A stretch of 64,000 nt of DNA from NCBI GenBank assembly GCA_965603825.1, contig CBFDEM010000056.1:434001-498000 (forward strand), given 5' to 3'. A model generated the notes under the pieces. That model ran no database searches. It was not told where the DNA came from and saw nothing but the letters and a program-made list of their open reading frames with translations. Shown here in pieces: positions 58,920 through 64,000 of this stretch. The DNA comes from Blepharisma stoltei ATCC 30299 (taxonomy: Eukaryota > Protista > Ciliophora). Position numbers and translations under genes: made by a program. The first letter of the stretch is position 1. Each line of letters opens with the position of its first letter.

Positions 58920-60065
58920 TTACAATTTGGACCTATCTTTGCACTTAAAGCAATTCCAATACATAGAAAGCAGAAATGCAATAGAGCATAATGCCCAGTG
59001 CGAAAAGTATGATACCAAAGGTAGAGTCTCGGATTTAGATATAAGCGGAAATAGTTGATGCAAAAACAAAGGAGAAGTATAGTTCGCGAGAGACAATATC
59101 AAAACGATAGCAATCAAATCGTTTGAAGTAGTTACTGATGGCCCAACTAATGGAAAAATGCTTCGTATGCCAGCACAAAGATTAAAAAGATAAACTAATG
59201 CACATAGCATATAAACCATCGGTAACGCTTCTGTAACTTCTGATAAAAGTTGATTAGTTCTTGTAAATGCTGCAAAGCCACAAGACCATTTGCATTCTGA
59301 TAAAATTGTTTGCTCAATCAAGACCACCAGAAGACCAGAAATAATAGCTAAAGAAAGGACAATCCCTAGGCATCCACAAAATACAGATATTGAACTCTCC
59401 AGCCACCATTTTAAATCTCTTTTGCAAGACTTCACAATTTTCCCTTCAATATCTTCTTTTTCAATATTGAGAACGTTTAATGCGAGTTTAACTTGTTTAG
59501 GAGGATTAAGGCCTCTGTATGTATATTGATATGAAATATTCTTGATGTTGTTATTGATCGAAATCAAAGCACTCTCTAGAGAATGCTGCTCCATAATATT
59601 TTCATAAAAAGGATATATAAGTAAATTTGAAATTTGAGAAAATCCATACGCAACGATCACATTTATCACACAAAGGCCTATAAAAGTCAAGCCTAAGGCA
59701 ATTTTATCCAGCACTGATGCTAAAATAGGTAGAAACCCATGTTTAATTGCCAGTGAGTATCCAATCATGCTACCAATCCCTGATGTCAAAACACTTAAAT
59801 AGAAAATAAGTTGATGTCAGGAATGATTCTGGGCAAAGCACAAAGGTAAAGTCACCAAAATTAGCAGTTGTGAAATTAGTTCAAGGAGATGGGGAGTCAA
59901 AAAAATATACTCAGAGCTCGGTTCCCAAAGCTTCATTGTAAATAGAGCAAAATTTATGCCGATAAGCGTGCCATAGATTATTTTACTTTGATCTGGCTTG
60001 GAAAGAATCATAGATGCGCTGATTCCTAAGAAAAGGTTAGTACCTATAGCAAGGCTTAAATCCAT
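58920..60065 (-). CDS. Multi-pass membrane protein (weakly LMBR1-like)
   Basis: ORFs 59817 and 58920 joined by one TGA; many hydrophobic helices. Confidence 0.7.
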
Positions 60066-60538
60066 TTTTATACGTTTTTAACTAATCTAATCAAAGTTCT
60101 TGTGAGCTCACCTCGAAGAAGAAATAGAAATTTGATTAATTTTTAATAATTTTAATTATTTCTTAGATATGATATGCAGTTTGCAGTCTTAGATAGCTAA
60201 AACTGGTTCTATAGGCAAGTTTATAGGCATATTGAAGTTCGTTACCCTTAATACTAGACTTTTCTTTATCTTCTGAGTAGGGAAAAAGCTTGCTTTGAGC
60301 TATTCATTAAATTTTAATTGCATAGCAGTGTAATCTCTTGAAAATAAAATCTTATTAGAACTAAACTTTAGCATCATTCATCTCTATGAATCTTAATTAA
60401 TCATAACACAATATAAATTGTATCACTTTCTTATAAAGTAACTTTCCATCACACAAAATAAATAACGGATATAAAACCTAAAAGTCTATTGAATCACTTT
60501 CACCAATTTAAATAAGAATACGATTAATTTCCTTAATC

Positions 60539-62410
60539 TTAATAAACTCTCTTTGCAGGTGGGATTGTATGCATTTCTTTTGCGTCCAAAGTGTCAGTTA
60601 TAACAGGTCTGTACTTAATTGCAACATCATCATCTACCTTCTGTTGCCATGAAAGTGTATGTTTCATCCATTCTTTATCATTCCTATCCTTGAAATCATC
60701 TCTTGCATGAGCTCCTCTACTTTCTTTGCGGTTTTCAGCACAGATAATCGTCTGCTTGGCACAAGTAAGCAGATTTTCAAGCTCCAGAGTTTCGATAAGA
60801 TCAGAGTTCCAAGTCAGGTCTCTATCTGTGGTTTTCACATCTTTGAACATTTTGCAGATATCAGTCATTTTTTCACAGCCTTGCTTTAGGGTTTCTTCAA
60901 TTCTGAAGACAGCTGCGTGAAGCTGCATTGTGCTTTGCATTTTGTCTCGAATTTGTGCAGTGCTTAATGCGCCTGAAGCTGTTCTTAGGCGCTCAATTTT
61001 TTCAATTGACTCTTCGCCTGCGTTGGGAGGGAGATCAGGCTGGGTTTGGCCTGGCTGAAATTCTTCTTTAGTGGTTAACGAGGCTGCTCTTCCAAAAATT
61101 ACAATGTCGAGTAAAGAATTTGCTCCAAGACGGTTGGCTCCATGAACTGAGGCACAAGCAGCTTCTCCAGCAGCAAGAAGGCCTGGGACAATTTTATCTT
61201 TCCCATCTTTATCAAGGGTAATTACATGAGTTTTCCAATCAGTTGGAATACCTCCCATATTATAGTGGACAGTTGGGACGACAGGAATAGGTTCTTTGGT
61301 TACATCAACTCCTGCAAAAATTTTAGCACTTTCACTGATACCTGGAAGTCGAGAGTGTAAGATCTCAGGAGGCAAATGGCTTAAATATAGATGAACATGA
61401 TCTTTCTTAGGACCAACTCCTCTTCCTTGGAATATTTCTAATGTCATAGCTCTACTCACAACATCTCTTGACGCTAAATCTTTAGCGGTTGGTGCATATC
61501 TTTCCATAAATCTTTCTCCTTCTGAGTTTCTAAGAATTCCACCTTCACCTCTGCAACCTTCAGTGATCAAGCATCCAGCTCCATAAATCCCAGTTGGATG
61601 GAATTGAACGAATTCCATATCCTCAAGCGGTAATCCTGCTCTTGCAACAAGTCCATGCCCGTCACCAGTGCAAGTATGAGCAGAGGTGCAAGATTGAAAA
61701 GCTCTTCCATATCCTCCGGTTGCAAGAATAGTTTGGTTAGCTCTCATTCTATGAATTGACCCATCTGCCATGCTCATTGCCATGACTCCCCTACAGACTC
61801 CATCAACCATAATCAAATCCAGTGCAAAGTACTCTACAAAGAACATACAATTATATCCGAGGGCTCTTCCAAACAAAGTATGAAGCATGGAATGCCCAGT
61901 TCTATCAGCTACTGCTGCACACCTATAAGCTTGGCCTCCTTTCCCGAATTCGAGACTTTGGCCTCCAAAAGCTCTCTGGTAGATTTTTCCTTCTTCAGTG
62001 CGGCTAAAAGGCATTCCATAGCTTTCTAACTCATATACTGCTTCAATAGCCTCTTTACACATATAATGGATGGCGTTCTGGTCCCCTAGCCAATCACTAC
62101 CTTTAACAGTATCATAGAAATGCCATCTCCAGTCATCTTTTGTCATATTTCCTAATGCGGCATTGATTCCTCCTTGAGCTGCAACAGTGTGAGATCTTGT
62201 GGGGAATAGCTTTGAGAGACATGCTGTTTTATATCCTAGTGATGCAAGACCAAATGCTGCTCGAAGACCAGCACCTCCTGCACCAACAACAATTGCGTCA
62301 TATGTATGATCGTAGACAGTGTATGTTTTTGGGGTGGGCCCTTGAGACGGTCCTAGGTCTGGAGTGACTTTCGATATCACTGTAAAAGGTCTTTTGAGAA
62401 GTCTCAACAT
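60539..62410 (-). CDS. SDHA: Succinate dehydrogenase flavoprotein subunit, mitochondrial
   Basis: [40 protein letters not shown]; presequence-like N-terminus. Confidence 0.98.
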   Translation of the reverse strand: MLRLLKRPFTVISKVTPDLGPSQGPTPKTYTVYDHTYDAIVVGAGGAGLRAAFGLASLGYKTACLSKLFPTRSHTVAAQGGINAALGNMTKDDWRWHFYDTVKGSDWLGDQNAIHYMCKEAIEAVYELESYGMPFSRTEEGKIYQRAFGGQSLEFGKGGQAYRCAAVADRTGHSMLHTLFGRALGYNCMFFVEYFALDLIMVDGVCRGVMAMSMADGSIHRMRANQTILATGGYGRAFQSCTSAHTCTGDGHGLVARAGLPLEDMEFVQFHPTGIYGAGCLITEGCRGEGGILRNSEGERFMERYAPTAKDLASRDVVSRAMTLEIFQGRGVGPKKDHVHLYLSHLPPEILHSRLPGISESAKIFAGVDVTKEPIPVVPTVHYNMGGIPTDWKTHVITLDKDGKDKIVPGLLAAGEAACASVHGANRLGANSLLDIVIFGRAASLTTKEEFQPGQTQPDLPPNAGEESIEKIERLRTASGALSTAQIRDKMQSTMQLHAAVFRIEETLKQGCEKMTDICKMFKDVKTTDRDLTWNSDLIETLELENLLTCAKQTIICAENRKESRGAHARDDFKDRNDKEWMKHTLSWQQKVDDDVAIKYRPVITDTLDAKEMHTIPPAKRVY

Positions 62411-62606
62411 ATTATTAGATTATGGCTATTACATTTCTAAAAATCCAAAGTTAAGTTTTATTGGGTTTAGAATGCATTAGCAAATTCTGGCTTGATCCAA
62501 ACTTGCATTCAAAATAAAAAGTATTAGATTTTCCTATTTCATTTTTCTAAGAATATTAGAACAAAGAATTCAGAGTCAATTTAAATATAAATAATAATTA
62601 AGTGAA

Positions 62607-64000
62607 ATGTCAAAAATTGAGCAAAGAAACAATACGTTTCTTATGTCAATTAATCAAGATGAAATTCAGAGAAAGCACAATGACTTTGCTGTAAAGATGC
62701 GAAGAGATAAGCGAAAATCTCATACTTCTAAAAGACGAGCTAATATTACTCAACCAGAAGAATCTAGAGCATCAAAAGAATTTAAGCTTCCTCAATATAT
62801 TATTTCTCGATATCCTGCATTGGAATCTTCAGAAGCCACTTTTGAATCAAAATTGATGATTATCCATGAGATACTTGACACAGAAACATCTTATGAGACT
62901 ATCTTAGAAATTATGACTATTTTAAGGACTATAATGTCGTCAGACGATTCACCATTTGATATAATTGTTAGCATGGGGTTTATCGAGTTGCTTTTAAAGT
63001 TCGTAAATCTAAGATATCATGAGCACATTATTTATGAATCTTCTTGATGCCTATGCAATCTTCTGGCAGGCACACATGAGTACGCAGAAAGATTTATCAA
63101 GGCAAAGGGGGTTGAAACTTTAATTTCAGCAATCTCTTATAAGACTGTCGAAGTTAATGAGCATATTATCTGGTCTTTTGCGAATTTAGCAGGAGATTGT
63201 GAAAAATATCGGCAAATTATGCTCAAATGAGGAATAATGGAGGTGCTCTATGACATGATTTTAGGAGCTGGATCAATTAGAGTTTCTTTACTAAGACTCG
63301 TTTCCTGGTGCTTGAACAATTTGTCTAAAAGCGTCAATTTATTTGACTCAATAATGTTGCAGACTGCAATAAGTGGCATTAAAATAATGCTCGAAGTGAA
63401 AGATGAGCAGATCACCTTCGAGTGTTTAACAGTGATTGCTCGCATTTCGACAAGCAGCAATGAAAAAATCCAGTTAATCATTGATTCTGGACTCATACCT
63501 TACGTTTTAGCTGGGCTCGAAGAGAAGAATCAAAATATTTTAGGAGTCAGCATTAAATTATTAGGAATGATTTGCTCAGGAACCTCATCACAAACTCAAT
63601 TCTTACTAAACCAAAGCATACTGGACAAGCTTTCTGTTGTAACAGACTATGATGATCATAATATCCTCAAAGATTTTTGTTGAACTTTAAGCAATATTGC
63701 AGCAGGGACTCAAGCTCAATGCGAGACTCTTGTAAACCACAAAATTATTCAATTTGCCTTACAATCATTAATCAATCCGAATCTCGAGGTAAAAAGAGAA
63801 GCAAGTGTAGTTTTTCTAAATATCGTCAAAACAGGAACCAGCAATATAAAGCTCAAGCTTGTAAGCTTTGATATTTTTTCCATTATGGCTATTGGCTTTG
63901 AAGCCCTTGATCTTTTATATCTCACAAATTTGCTTTTAATTAGCGAGCATTTGCTGAGATGTGGAGAAAGTTCTGAAGGAATCAATCCAGTATCCGCTTT
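62607..64000 (+). CDS. Importin-alpha-like protein (IBB + ARM repeats), truncated at the window edge
   Basis: RRDKR...KRR IBB; YESS[W]CLCNL, IWSFANLAGD, SWCLNNL, DFC[W]TLSNIAAG; three TGA=W. Confidence 0.85.

Noticed and set aside
285-63985. Track ORFs ending at TGA or starting at TTG/GTG treated as separate genes, or as pseudogene fragments
   Set aside because: They join into single frames under TGA=Trp plus tiny introns, with an upstream ATG and a TAA/TAG end
1-64000. IESs, transposons, tRNA/rRNA genes, CRISPR arrays or prokaryotic operons
   Set aside because: No TA-bounded insertion interrupts any reconstructed gene, and I saw no transposase, terminal repeats, cloverleaf or repeat-spacer pattern by eye; content is eukaryotic and consistent with somatic DNA

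Overview
AT-rich, very gene-dense eukaryotic DNA with about 45 protein-coding genes. The standard-code ORF track fragments most of them, for two reasons visible in the sequence. (1) In-frame TGA encodes Trp: it falls on invariant Trp positions in SPT4, TBC, Kelch, kinase, Sec23-type zinc finger and importin-alpha motifs, and aligns with TGG in a tandem paralog. Every complete gene I reconstructed ends in TAA or TAG. (2) Genes carry tiny introns, mostly 15 nt, of the form GTA-N6-A-NN-YAG. UGA=Trp with 15-16 nt introns matches a heterotrich ciliate macronuclear genome of the Blepharisma type (inference; species not determinable). Recognisable genes: SPT4, a NEK kinase, centrin, ATG16, a TBC RabGAP, a PHD/DDT chromatin protein, eEF1B-gamma, a SEL1-repeat protein, ECH2, SDHA, an importin-alpha-like protein and two MFS transporters. 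Items absent from the ORF track: a box H/ACA snoRNA with a plausible SSU rRNA target (2087-2194), a probable 17-nt GT-GG intron (26091-26107), a decayed third copy in a claudin-like tandem array, gene-specific TGA versus TGG usage, candidate microproteins, and unusual domain fusions (TMD0-MFS; acylated EF-hand-VASt-TM; pseudokinase-UBR-SPRY-CaaX). All domain calls are by eye; no searches were run.
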